The notes under the pieces were generated by a model, which saw nothing but the letters and a program-made list of their open reading frames with translations, was not told where the DNA came from and did no database searches. A stretch of 35,411 nucleotides of DNA from Rubrobacteraceae bacterium (GTDB lineage: Bacteria; Actinomycetota; Rubrobacteria; Rubrobacterales; Rubrobacteraceae). This document shows positions 8,009 through 16,013 of this stretch, piece after piece. Made by a program: the position numbers and the translations under genes. Location of the stretch: NCBI GenBank assembly GCA_035761765.1, contig DASTQK010000301.1:1-35411 (forward strand), read 5' to 3'. Numbering within the stretch: the stretch's first letter is position 1; every line of letters begins with the position of its first letter.

Positions 8009-8965
8009 TCACAACTTCGCGGCGGCCTCGGTCTGGAGGGCGGCCACCAGGATCGTCTCGACGAGGGCTTCGAAGGAGATGCCCGCTGCCTCGGCCGCCA
8101 GCGGGAAGGTCGAGGTCTCGGTGAAACCGGGGATCGTCTTCACGTCGATAACCCAGGGTGTACCGTCGGAGAAGATAGTGTCCACCCGCGCGTAGCCCGA
8201 GCACCCCAGAGCGCGGTAGGCCCTCAGCGCCGTCTCTTCGAGGTTGGCGGCGGCCTCTGAGGGAATCTCGGCAGGGATCGCGAAATCCGTGGCCCCCGGC
8301 GTGTACTTCGCCTCGAAGTTGTAGGCGCCTTCGCGCGGCCGGATCTCGACTAGTCCCAGCGCTTTGGGCTCCTCGCCGGCTGGCTCCAGGATCGGGACGG
8401 AGATCTCGGTTCCGTCCACCCAGCTCTCGAGCAGGATCTTTGCGTCGTAGCCGAAGGCTTCGTAGACGGCGTCGAGCAACCCGTCGGGCTCCTCGACCCG
8501 CGAGAGCCCGAAGCTCGACCCCTCGCGCGCGGGCTTGACGACGAGCGGGTAGCTCAGGTAGTCGGCGGCGGTAGTCAGGGCGGCGGCTGCGCCCATCTCG
8601 TTCATCGCCCGCCGGAAGAAGGTCCTGAAAGTCGGGGTTGGAATGCCCGCGGCCCTCGCCGCCCTCTTGGCGTAGTCCTTGTCCATGCAGCGGATGCTCG
8701 AGAGCGGCCCGCTCCCCGTGTACGGTATCCCGAGCGTCTCCAGGAGCGTCTGCACGGTGCCGTCCTCGCCGCCGGGGCCGTGCAGGCAGACAAAAGCCGC
8801 CTCCGGTGCGAGCTCCATCAGCGCTTCGGTCGTTGGATCCTCGATGTCCAGCGGGTAGACCTCGTGGCCGAGGCGCTCGAGGGCGTGCTGGACCCTGTTC
8901 CCGGTCATGAAGGAGATGTCCCTCTCCATCGAGGTCCCGCCGCGCAGGACGGCAACGCGCGCCAA
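8009..8965 (-). CDS. ddl: D-alanine--D-alanine ligase
   Basis: TTG 8965 lies 3 nt after the upstream stop. Blocks RVAVLRGGTSMERDISFMTG, LHGPGGEDGTVQTLLETLGIPYTGSG and YNFEAKY are present, retaining the Tyr after Lys that is typical of D-Ala-D-Ala ligases. Confidence 0.9.
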   Translation of the reverse strand: MARVAVLRGGTSMERDISFMTGNRVQHALERLGHEVYPLDIEDPTTEALMELAPEAAFVCLHGPGGEDGTVQTLLETLGIPYTGSGPLSSIRCMDKDYAKRAARAAGIPTPTFRTFFRRAMNEMGAAAALTTAADYLSYPLVVKPAREGSSFGLSRVEEPDGLLDAVYEAFGYDAKILLESWVDGTEISVPILEPAGEEPKALGLVEIRPREGAYNFEAKYTPGATDFAIPAEIPSEAAANLEETALRAYRALGCSGYARVDTIFSDGTPWVIDVKTIPGFTETSTFPLAAEAAGISFEALVETILVAALQTEAAAKL

Positions 8966-8968
8966 CGT

Positions 8969-10285
8969 CTACCCGTCCGTGCCGGAGGCGAAGCTGGCCG
9001 GGCGGGGGCTCTGCCGCGCGCCGCGCTGCGAGCCGCGCTCCAGGTCGCTCCGGAGCTCCATGCGCTCGCGCACGACCTCGGAGAGAAGCTCGATACCGCG
9101 CCGGATCCGCTCGGGCTCGACAAAGGAGAAATTCAGCCGCATGTTGTTCTTGCCGGCGCCGCCGGCGTAGAAGCCCTCGCCCGGCACGTAGGCGACGTTG
9201 CGCGCGATGGCCCTCGGGAGCATCGCGGTGGCGTCCAGGTACGAGGGCAAAGTAGCCCACACGAAGAGCCCGCCCTCAGGGTGCGTCCAGTGGACCTCCT
9301 TCGGCATGAACTCGGCCAGCGCGTCCAGCATCGCGTCGCGGCGCTCCTTGTAGATGCTGGTTAGGCGCCCGACGTAGGAGCGCCAGTCGGCGTTCTGGAA
9401 GTAGGAGTAGATCATCATCTGCGACAGGTTCGAGGAGCACAGATCAGCGCCCTGCTTGCCGACGTTGATCTTGTGCAGTATCCCCGGCTGGGCGTGAACC
9501 CATCCCAACCTGACGCCGGGCGCGAATATCTTCGAGAACGTCCCCAGGTAGACCACCCGGTCCACGAGCCCTTCCTGTTCCTGCTCGAGCGCCGCCAGTG
9601 TAGGGAGCGGCTCGCCCTCGAAGCGGAGCATTCCGTAGGGGTTGTCCTCGACCACGACGAGATCGAACTCGCGCGCGATCTCAAGTAGCTCGCGCCTGCG
9701 TTCCGTCACCAGCGTCACCCCGGCGGGGTTCTGGAAGTTGGGGACGGTGTAGATGAATTTGACGTGCAGTCCCTGCTTGCGGGCTCTGTCAAGCGTCTCG
9801 CGGGCCGCGACCGGGATCATACCCGCCCTGTCCATAGGGACGTGAGCTATGCGCGGCCTGTAGGCGGCGAAGGCGTTGAGGGCACCGGCGTAGGTAGGTC
9901 CCTCGCAGAGGATCGCATCTCCCTCGTCGAGAAAGACCTTGGCGATGAGGTCAAGGCCCTGCTGAGCGCCGGTGGTGACGAAGACGTCCTCCTGCCTGGC
10001 CGGGGTGCCCTCCGCGGCCATCACCTCGACTATGACGTCCTTTACGGGCTCGAGGCCCGAGGTCGGGCCGTACTGTAGTGCCTGCGCGGTGTCGGCCGCT
10101 ATGTTGCCGGAGATCTCGCGGAAGGCCTCTTCTCCAAAGGCTCGCGTGTCAGGGAAGCCGCCGGCGAGCGAGATGATTCCGGGTCTGGATAACGTGGCCA
10201 TGAGGTCGCGCGTGGCTGCGGTCTTCATCCCCTTGACCCGCTCGGAATAGAGGAAGTCGAAGCGGTCGAGGTCTACGAGCGGCAA
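8969..10285 (-). CDS. PLP-dependent aminotransferase, fold type I (ARO8/LysN-like, no HTH domain)
   Basis: TTG 10285 directly abuts the upstream TAA. Blocks RPGIISLAGGFPD and the PLP-lysine context TFSKIFAPGVRLGW are present. Confidence 0.85.
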   Translation of the reverse strand: MPLVDLDRFDFLYSERVKGMKTAATRDLMATLSRPGIISLAGGFPDTRAFGEEAFREISGNIAADTAQALQYGPTSGLEPVKDVIVEVMAAEGTPARQEDVFVTTGAQQGLDLIAKVFLDEGDAILCEGPTYAGALNAFAAYRPRIAHVPMDRAGMIPVAARETLDRARKQGLHVKFIYTVPNFQNPAGVTLVTERRRELLEIAREFDLVVVEDNPYGMLRFEGEPLPTLAALEQEQEGLVDRVVYLGTFSKIFAPGVRLGWVHAQPGILHKINVGKQGADLCSSNLSQMMIYSYFQNADWRSYVGRLTSIYKERRDAMLDALAEFMPKEVHWTHPEGGLFVWATLPSYLDATAMLPRAIARNVAYVPGEGFYAGGAGKNNMRLNFSFVEPERIRRGIELLSEVVRERMELRSDLERGSQRGARQSPRPASFASGTDG

Positions 10286-10873
10286 TTACGTTCCCCCATC
10301 GGTCGCGAAGGTCTCGACGTTCTCCCAGCCGAGGTTCTCCGAGAGTACCTGCCAGAGCTCGGGGGCCATCTCGAAGCGGCTGATGGAGCAGCGGCGCCCC
10401 CTGACCGAGAGCGCCTTGAGGTTCTCGTCGCCAGCGGCGAGGGCCTCTTCGTTCGCTACGGCCCCGATCGCGTACGCCTGCTCGACAAAGGTGTCCTCCG
10501 CGAGGCCGGCGCTTATATTCGCCATGAGCTCGCGTTCGACCACCGGCGCGAAGAGGTAGCCGGTAGTAACGGCGAGGAGCCCTGCGGGCCTGAGCACCAG
10601 GTCATATTCGAGCCCGGGGCCCCGGACCTGAATACCCTCCAGGGCGCTCTCGAAGCCCTGTTCTTCGGCGTGGGCCTTGAGCGTCTCCTTTATGGCGTAG
10701 AGCTCCTCGAGCTCTGCGGCGTCGGGCTCCTCGGAGGCCTCGGCGCTGGTCAGGACGTGGTCCCAGATCTCCTTCGGGAACACGATGCGCAAACGCCCGG
10801 CGTTGGCCGAGAGCCGGAGCTCTCTCCCCCTCACCTCCAGCCCATCGAGGATCTCCACCCGGACTTCTTGCAT
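10286..10873 (-). CDS. Hypothetical protein, 195 aa, no family recognised
   Basis: High GC3 from ATG 10873. The longer ORF to 11056 would overlap rdgB and its promoter region. The stop TAA abuts the aminotransferase start. Confidence 0.6.
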   Translation of the reverse strand: MQEVRVEILDGLEVRGRELRLSANAGRLRIVFPKEIWDHVLTSAEASEEPDAAELEELYAIKETLKAHAEEQGFESALEGIQVRGPGLEYDLVLRPAGLLAVTTGYLFAPVVERELMANISAGLAEDTFVEQAYAIGAVANEEALAAGDENLKALSVRGRRCSISRFEMAPELWQVLSENLGWENVETFATDGGT

Positions 10874-10921
10874 GGCAGCGACTGTATCATAAAGGGCACA
10901 TGGATTGTAGACTTCCGCGCC

Positions 10922-11485
10922 ATGAGAACCGTATTCGTTACCACCAACGAGAGCAAGCGCCGCGAGGCCCAGAGGATTCTCGGCGTCGAACTCGAGAGGG
11001 CGGCTCCTGACGTTCCCGAGGTGCAGTCCCTCGACTTCGCCGAGGTTGCAACGCACAAGGCTCGCGCCGCCCGCAAAGCGCTCGGCTCGCCGCCATATCC
11101 GGTCCTCGTCGAGGACTCTGGGCTCGTCGTCGGAGCCTGGAACGGGCTGCCGGGAGCGCTTACCAAATGGTTCCTAGGTAGCGTCGGCAACGAGGGAATC
11201 ATCGAGATGCTCTGCGGCGGTGACCCTGGAGCGCGCGCTGTGTGTGCGCTTGCGCTGGCGGACGCGCATGGGGCCGTGCACGTCTTCGAGGGGGTGATAC
11301 AGGGCGAGATCGCGGCCGAACCGAGGGGGAAGGGGGGGTTCGGGTGGGATCCCATCTTCGTGCCGCAGGGGACTCATCTCACGTACGCCGAGATGGGCGA
11401 GGACAAGCACGAAGACTCCCACAGGGCCAGGGCCTTCCGGCAGCTCCGGGCCTGGCTCGAGGAGAAAGATGGGCAAGAAGCCTAG
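10922..11485 (+). CDS. rdgB: dITP/XTP pyrophosphatase (Ham1/RdgB family)
   Basis: The start is ATG 10922. Blocks VFVTTNESKRRE, LVEDSGL, GGFGWDPIF and SHRARAF are present. The in-frame extension to 10670 is antisense to the neighbouring gene. Confidence 0.85.
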   Translation: MRTVFVTTNESKRREAQRILGVELERAAPDVPEVQSLDFAEVATHKARAARKALGSPPYPVLVEDSGLVVGAWNGLPGALTKWFLGSVGNEGIIEMLCGGDPGARAVCALALADAHGAVHVFEGVIQGEIAAEPRGKGGFGWDPIFVPQGTHLTYAEMGEDKHEDSHRARAFRQLRAWLEEKDGQEA

Positions 11486-11545
11486 CAACCGTGCATACAT
11501 CTGGGCGCTACGGGCAATAAAATGTGCGTATGAGGCGGCGAAGAG

Positions 11546-11554
11546 TGCTATTCT
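11546..11554 (+). promoter_or_regulatory. Candidate extended -10 (TGcTATTCT) for the pdh operon
   Basis: TGCTATTCT sits in the AT-richer spacer 47 nt upstream of ATG 11601. Confidence 0.35.
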
Positions 11555-11600
11555 GTTCGTCGTTCGCAGGGTTGTACCGCGAGGTGGGAAGGGGCCGTCT

Positions 11601-12665
11601 ATGTCGGCAGAGAACGGGCACCCGGAAAACGGGGAAGCGCAAGAGGCCCGTAACGAAGGCGCGGTAGCTACGGGCACGGATCGTCTCGTGGACCTCTACC
11701 ACGAGATGGTGGCTATCCGAGCGTTCGAGGAAGCGTGCCAGAGAGGCTTCAGGCAGGGCAAGATCGGGGGCTACCTCCACGTCTACATCGGCCAGGAAGC
11801 GGTAGCTACCGGCTTCCTGCAAGCCTTCAAGGAGGGCGACAGGGTCATCACGGCCTACCGCGACCACGCCCACGCGCTGCTTCTGGGCTCGGATCCCAAG
11901 AACGTCATGGCCGAGCTCTACGGCAAAAGCACGGGGATAGTCAAGGGCAAGGGCGGCTCGATGCACCTCTTCGACGTCGAGCGCGGGCTGATGGGCGGCT
12001 ACGGCATAGTCGGCGGCCACATACCCCTCGGCGTCGGCCTCGCCTACGCGCAGCGCTACCACGAGACCGACCATATAACACAGCTCTACCTGGGGGATGG
12101 CTCCATCAGCACCGGGGCATTCCACGAGGCGGCGAACCTCGCGGGGCTGTGGGGCAAAGACGGGCTGTGCCCCTGTCTCTTTGTTGTGGAGAACAACCAG
12201 TACGGGATGGGCACGAGCGTGGAGCGTACCACGGCGATGACCGACCTCGCCGCCAAGTTCGACGCATACGGCATAGAGAACGAGAAGGTGGACGGGATGG
12301 ACCTCGAGGCCGTCATCGAGTGCGCCGAACGGGTGGCCGAGCAGATCAGGGAGACCGGCAAGCCGTACGCGGTGGAAGCCCTTACCTACCGTACGGCGCC
12401 GCACGGAGCGGCGGACTTCTTCGAGAAGTACCGCACCAAGGAGGAGATCGAGGAGTGGCGCCAGCGTGACCCGATAGGGTTGCTCGAGAAGAAGCTGCTC
12501 GAGCAGAACGTCGTAGACGAGGAGCGGCTCGACGAGATAAAGAGCGAGGCCAAGGAGACCGTAAACGAAGCCGTCAAGTTCGCCGACGAGAGCGACGAGC
12601 CCCCCATCGAGGAACTCTACACCGACGTCTACGCCGGCGCAGACGAGTACCTGGGGGAGGAGTAA
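11601..12665 (+). CDS. pdhA: Pyruvate (2-oxoacid) dehydrogenase E1 alpha subunit
   Basis: ATG 11601 follows GAGGTGGGAAGGGG. The in-frame extension to 11469 has low GC3. The TPP block YLGDGSISTGAFHEAANLA...VVENNQYGMGT is present. Confidence 0.9.
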   Translation: MSAENGHPENGEAQEARNEGAVATGTDRLVDLYHEMVAIRAFEEACQRGFRQGKIGGYLHVYIGQEAVATGFLQAFKEGDRVITAYRDHAHALLLGSDPKNVMAELYGKSTGIVKGKGGSMHLFDVERGLMGGYGIVGGHIPLGVGLAYAQRYHETDHITQLYLGDGSISTGAFHEAANLAGLWGKDGLCPCLFVVENNQYGMGTSVERTTAMTDLAAKFDAYGIENEKVDGMDLEAVIECAERVAEQIRETGKPYAVEALTYRTAPHGAADFFEKYRTKEEIEEWRQRDPIGLLEKKLLEQNVVDEERLDEIKSEAKETVNEAVKFADESDEPPIEELYTDVYAGADEYLGEE

Positions 12666-13657
12666 TGGCCGAGACCAAGACCTACCGCGAGGCGTTGCGC
12701 GAGGCCATGGTCATGGAGCTCGACCGCGACGAGAACGTCGTCTTGATGGGCGAGGACATCGGCGTCTACGGCGGCACGCACCTGATAACCGACGGCCTCA
12801 TAGATCAGTACGGTCCCAAGAGGATCATAGACACCCCCATCTCCGAGCTCGGCTTCACCGGTGCGGCCGTCGGTATGGCGATGGAGGGTATGAGGCCCGT
12901 TGTCGAGATGATGACCTGGAACTTCTCGTTCCTCGCCACGGACCAGATCATCCAGAACGCCGCCAAGGTGCGCTACTTCTCCGGCGGGCAGGTGAAGGTG
13001 CCGATGGTGATCCGGGGCCCCAACGGTGGCGGCGTCCAGCTTAGCGCCCAGCACACCCACTCGATGGAGAACCTCTACGGCCACTACCCGGGTCTGAAGG
13101 TCGTAGCCCCCGTCACCCCCAACGACGTCAAGGGGTTGATGCTCACAGCCATCCGGGACGACAACTGCGTGATCTTCCTGGAGGCCGGCGCCCTCTACGG
13201 GACGAAGGGCGAGGTGGAGGAGGGCGATAACGCCATCCCCTTCGGGAAGGCGAGGATAGCGCGCAAAGGCTCGGACGTAACCCTCGTCTCCTACGGGCGG
13301 CAGGTGAACCTGTGTTTGCGGGTAGCGGACACCCTGCAAGAGGAAGATGGCGTCAGCGCCGAGGTCATAGACCTACGCTCCATCCGGCCTTTCGACGAGG
13401 ACACTGTCGTCGAGTCGGTCGAGAAGACGCACCGGGCAGTGGCGGTACAGGAGCAGTGGCGGTGGTTCGGGGTCGCGAGCGAGGTAGCGGCGATTATCCA
13501 GGATCGGGCCTTCGATTATCTGGACGCTCCCGTGGAGAGGGTGAGCGGGGCCGAGGTCCCGGCGCCGTACGCGCGGAACCTGGAGCTCGCGGCCTTCCCG
13601 AGCGACAAGCAGGTAGCCAACGCGGCCCGCAGGGTGCTTTACATGGAGGAGAAGTAA
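12665..13657 (+). CDS. pdhB: Pyruvate (2-oxoacid) dehydrogenase E1 beta subunit
   Basis: The ATG overlaps the pdhA stop (TAATG). Blocks IIDTPISELGFTGAAVGMAMEG and the C-terminal transketolase-like domain are present. Confidence 0.92.
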   Translation: MAETKTYREALREAMVMELDRDENVVLMGEDIGVYGGTHLITDGLIDQYGPKRIIDTPISELGFTGAAVGMAMEGMRPVVEMMTWNFSFLATDQIIQNAAKVRYFSGGQVKVPMVIRGPNGGGVQLSAQHTHSMENLYGHYPGLKVVAPVTPNDVKGLMLTAIRDDNCVIFLEAGALYGTKGEVEEGDNAIPFGKARIARKGSDVTLVSYGRQVNLCLRVADTLQEEDGVSAEVIDLRSIRPFDEDTVVESVEKTHRAVAVQEQWRWFGVASEVAAIIQDRAFDYLDAPVERVSGAEVPAPYARNLELAAFPSDKQVANAARRVLYMEEK

Positions 13658-13658
13658 G

Positions 13659-14972
13659 TTGCCTGAAGTGATAATGCCCAAGATGGGCGACGCGATGGAG
13701 GAGGGCACCCTCGTCAAGTGGCTGAAGAGCGAGGGTGACGAGGTCTCCGAGGGTGACGCGATAGCGGAGATCGAGACCGACAAGGTAACTCTGGAACTGG
13801 AGGCCGAGGACTCGGGCACGCTCGCCCAGCTGATAGCCGACGAGGGCCAGGATATCCCCGTCGGCGAGGCTATCGCGTTTATCGCCGGGGAGGGCGAGGA
13901 GGTGCCCGAGCGTGCCGCTGGCGAAGCTGGCGGGGCGGAAGCAGAGGCCGAAGAGGGTGGCGATGGCGAAGCCCAGGCGCAGACCGCCACCGAGGCTCCA
14001 GAGAGGGAGGAGGCGCCCGCTCAGGCCGACGGCCGGCCGGACGGTCACTTCCGCGCCTCGCCTATAGTGAGACGTCTGGCCGAGGAGAATAACCTCGACC
14101 TCTCGCAGATAGAGGGCTCGGGGCCCGCAGGCCGGATCGTCGAGCGCGACGTGCGCGCGGCTATGGAGAGCGGCATCGCCCAGAAGACGGACGGAAAGGC
14201 CGACGTCGAGGCGCCCCAGCCCGAGCAGGCCCAGATGCAGGGATTCCAGCCCGCCCGTCTCCCGGAGCCGACGGAGGAGCCGGGGACCCAGCTCGTCGAG
14301 CCCACGCGCATGATGCAGGTGATCGGCGAGCGGATGACGGAGTCCAAGCAGCACGTCCCCCACTTCTACGCCACCGTCGAGGTGAAGATGGACGCTGTGA
14401 TGGAGCTGCGCAAGCAGCTCAACGCCCAGCTCGAGGCTGAGGGCCTCAAGCTCTCGGTCAACGACTTCGTGATGAAGGCGTGCGCCGTGGCGTTGCGCAA
14501 CTACCCGAACCTCAACGCCCTCTACACCACCAGAGGCGTCGAGCTGCACGAGAAGGTAGACATGGCGATGGCCGTAGCCCTCGACCAGGGCCTCATAACC
14601 CCCGTCATAAGGGACATAGCCAGCAAGGGACTCGCGCAGATATCACGCGAGTCCAAGGACCTCGCCACTAGGGCGCGCGAGGGCGGCCTCAAGCCCGAGG
14701 AGTACCAGGGCGGGACCATAACGGTCTCGAACATGGGCATGTTCGGCATCGAGAGCTTCACCGCGATCATCAACCCGCCCCAGGCGGCTATCGTCGCGGT
14801 CTCAAGCATCGAGAGGCGCCCGTCCTACGACGAGAACGGCGAGATCGTGCCGGGGAGCTTCATGAAGCTCACCCTCTCGGCCGACCACCGTATCGCCAAC
14901 GGCCGCGACGGCGCTATGTACATGGCCGAGGTCAAGAAGACGCTCGAGAACCCGGTGTTGCTGATGGTGTAG
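13659..14972 (+). CDS. pdhC: Dihydrolipoamide acyltransferase E2
   Basis: TTG 13659 lies 1 nt after the pdhB stop (ATG 13674 is an alternative). It has a single lipoyl domain (IETDKVTLELEA), an E3-binding domain (ASPIVRRLAEENNLDLSQIEGSGPAGRI) and a catalytic domain with SADHRIANG. Confidence 0.9.
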   Translation: MPEVIMPKMGDAMEEGTLVKWLKSEGDEVSEGDAIAEIETDKVTLELEAEDSGTLAQLIADEGQDIPVGEAIAFIAGEGEEVPERAAGEAGGAEAEAEEGGDGEAQAQTATEAPEREEAPAQADGRPDGHFRASPIVRRLAEENNLDLSQIEGSGPAGRIVERDVRAAMESGIAQKTDGKADVEAPQPEQAQMQGFQPARLPEPTEEPGTQLVEPTRMMQVIGERMTESKQHVPHFYATVEVKMDAVMELRKQLNAQLEAEGLKLSVNDFVMKACAVALRNYPNLNALYTTRGVELHEKVDMAMAVALDQGLITPVIRDIASKGLAQISRESKDLATRAREGGLKPEEYQGGTITVSNMGMFGIESFTAIINPPQAAIVAVSSIERRPSYDENGEIVPGSFMKLTLSADHRIANGRDGAMYMAEVKKTLENPVLLMV

Positions 14973-15016
14973 AGGCAGTTCCCCGGAGAGACGGGGGCGC
15001 CTGTCCTGCAAGTTTC

Positions 15017-15952
15017 CTACCCGGCTGTCTCCGCAACGCGGCTCGCAGGACGGGATACCTTGCCTTCGAGGTATCCGTTGGCGACCATGGTGATGAGCTG
15101 GTAGACGGCGTCCTCGCGGGGCGAGAGCGGGCCGCGGCGGTAGCCGCGCGACGCTGCGCCCCGCTGGACAGACTCGCAGGCGTGCCAGTCCTGGCGGTTG
15201 GTGAGGTCCCAGAAGTCGCTGGCGTAGGAGGGGGTGAAGCCCTCCGTTCCCGTGGCCTCGCGACTGAAGAGCCACTCGCACTCGACGCGGGTGCGGTCCG
15301 GGGCGAGAGGATCCAGGCGGTGGGTCAAGACGTAGTCCGGGTGAAGGCTTAGGAGCAGATTGGGGAAGAGCTGGAAGTAGTAGACCTTGCGGTCCTGGCC
15401 TGCGGCGAGATTGGGGAGGTTCGGGGCGTGGCTCCTGCCGTCTAGCGACATCGTCTCGACGCCGTCGTAGAGGTCCATGGGGCCCCCGATCCAGGCTCCC
15501 TCGGGCTCCAGGTTGTCGCCGCCGCTATCGGGCGGGCTGACCTCGCAGAGCTCAGGGTGGATCGAGGAGCAGTGGTAGCATTCGTGGTAGTTCTCGGCCA
15601 GGATCTTCCAGTTGGCCGCAACCTCGTAGTCGTGGCGGGCGGCGACATCGAGCTCGCCGCAGGTGTAACTCCTGACGAACTCCTCGAGGTTGCCCGTGTG
15701 CTCCTCGATCGGGGGCGCGTCGCCGCTTGCGTTGGCGAAGAGCCAGCCGTGCCACTCGACGACACGCTGGTCGCCGGCTTGCATAAGGCCGTCCGCGCGG
15801 CCCACGCAGACCCAGCTCTCGTCGAAGAAGTGCTCCAGCTCCCACCGGAACACCGCCTCGTCTGTGTACGCCTCGGCGGGGAGGGTGCTGCTGCGGCCGA
15901 ACGGGGCGAGCGACGGCGCGAGAAGCTCGCTGGCTACGGGCGTCGCGTGCAT
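15017..15952 (-). CDS. Ring-hydroxylating (Rieske-type family) oxygenase alpha subunit, catalytic domain only: the Rieske [2Fe-2S] domain is absent
   Basis: ATG 15952 follows GGGAGGGGAG. The N-terminal block LPAEAYTDEAVFRWELEHFFDESWVCVGRADGL and the catalytic-domain block NWKILAENYHECYHCSSIHPEL are present. No CxH...CxxH motif exists, and the product is only 311 aa. Confidence 0.75.
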   Translation of the reverse strand: MHATPVASELLAPSLAPFGRSSTLPAEAYTDEAVFRWELEHFFDESWVCVGRADGLMQAGDQRVVEWHGWLFANASGDAPPIEEHTGNLEEFVRSYTCGELDVAARHDYEVAANWKILAENYHECYHCSSIHPELCEVSPPDSGGDNLEPEGAWIGGPMDLYDGVETMSLDGRSHAPNLPNLAAGQDRKVYYFQLFPNLLLSLHPDYVLTHRLDPLAPDRTRVECEWLFSREATGTEGFTPSYASDFWDLTNRQDWHACESVQRGAASRGYRRGPLSPREDAVYQLITMVANGYLEGKVSRPASRVAETAG

Positions 15953-15983
15953 ACTCCCCTCCCGCCGGGCAGACGTTCATTGC

Positions 15984-15992
15984 TGCTAGAAT
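15984..15992 (+). promoter_or_regulatory. Candidate extended -10 (TGcTAGAAT) for the FAD oxidoreductase gene
   Basis: TGCTAGAAT lies 21 nt upstream of GTG 16014, in the 61-bp divergent spacer. Confidence 0.4.
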
Positions 15993-15998
15993 GCCGCA

Positions 15999-16004
15999 AT
16001 TGTA
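15999..16004 (-). promoter_or_regulatory. Candidate -10 (TACAAT on the minus strand) for the Rieske-less oxygenase gene
   Basis: The reverse complement of ATTGTA is TACAAT. It lies about 46 nt upstream of ATG 15952, back to back with the + strand box. Confidence 0.3.
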
Positions 16005-16013
16005 CAGGAAGCG

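Noticed and set aside
8009-8965. The ddl gene next to an aminotransferase could be a Van-type D-Ala-D-Lac/D-Ser ligase (resistance-like cluster).
   Set aside because: The omega-loop block reads YNFEAKY, keeping the Tyr after Lys that characterises D-Ala-D-Ala ligases. No vanH-, vanX- or vanRS-like genes are present.
11601-14972. The pdhABC operon ends without an E3 (lipoamide dehydrogenase) gene; possible incomplete complex.
   Set aside because: lpd is frequently encoded elsewhere and shared between 2-oxoacid dehydrogenase complexes. E1 alpha, E1 beta and E2 all look intact.
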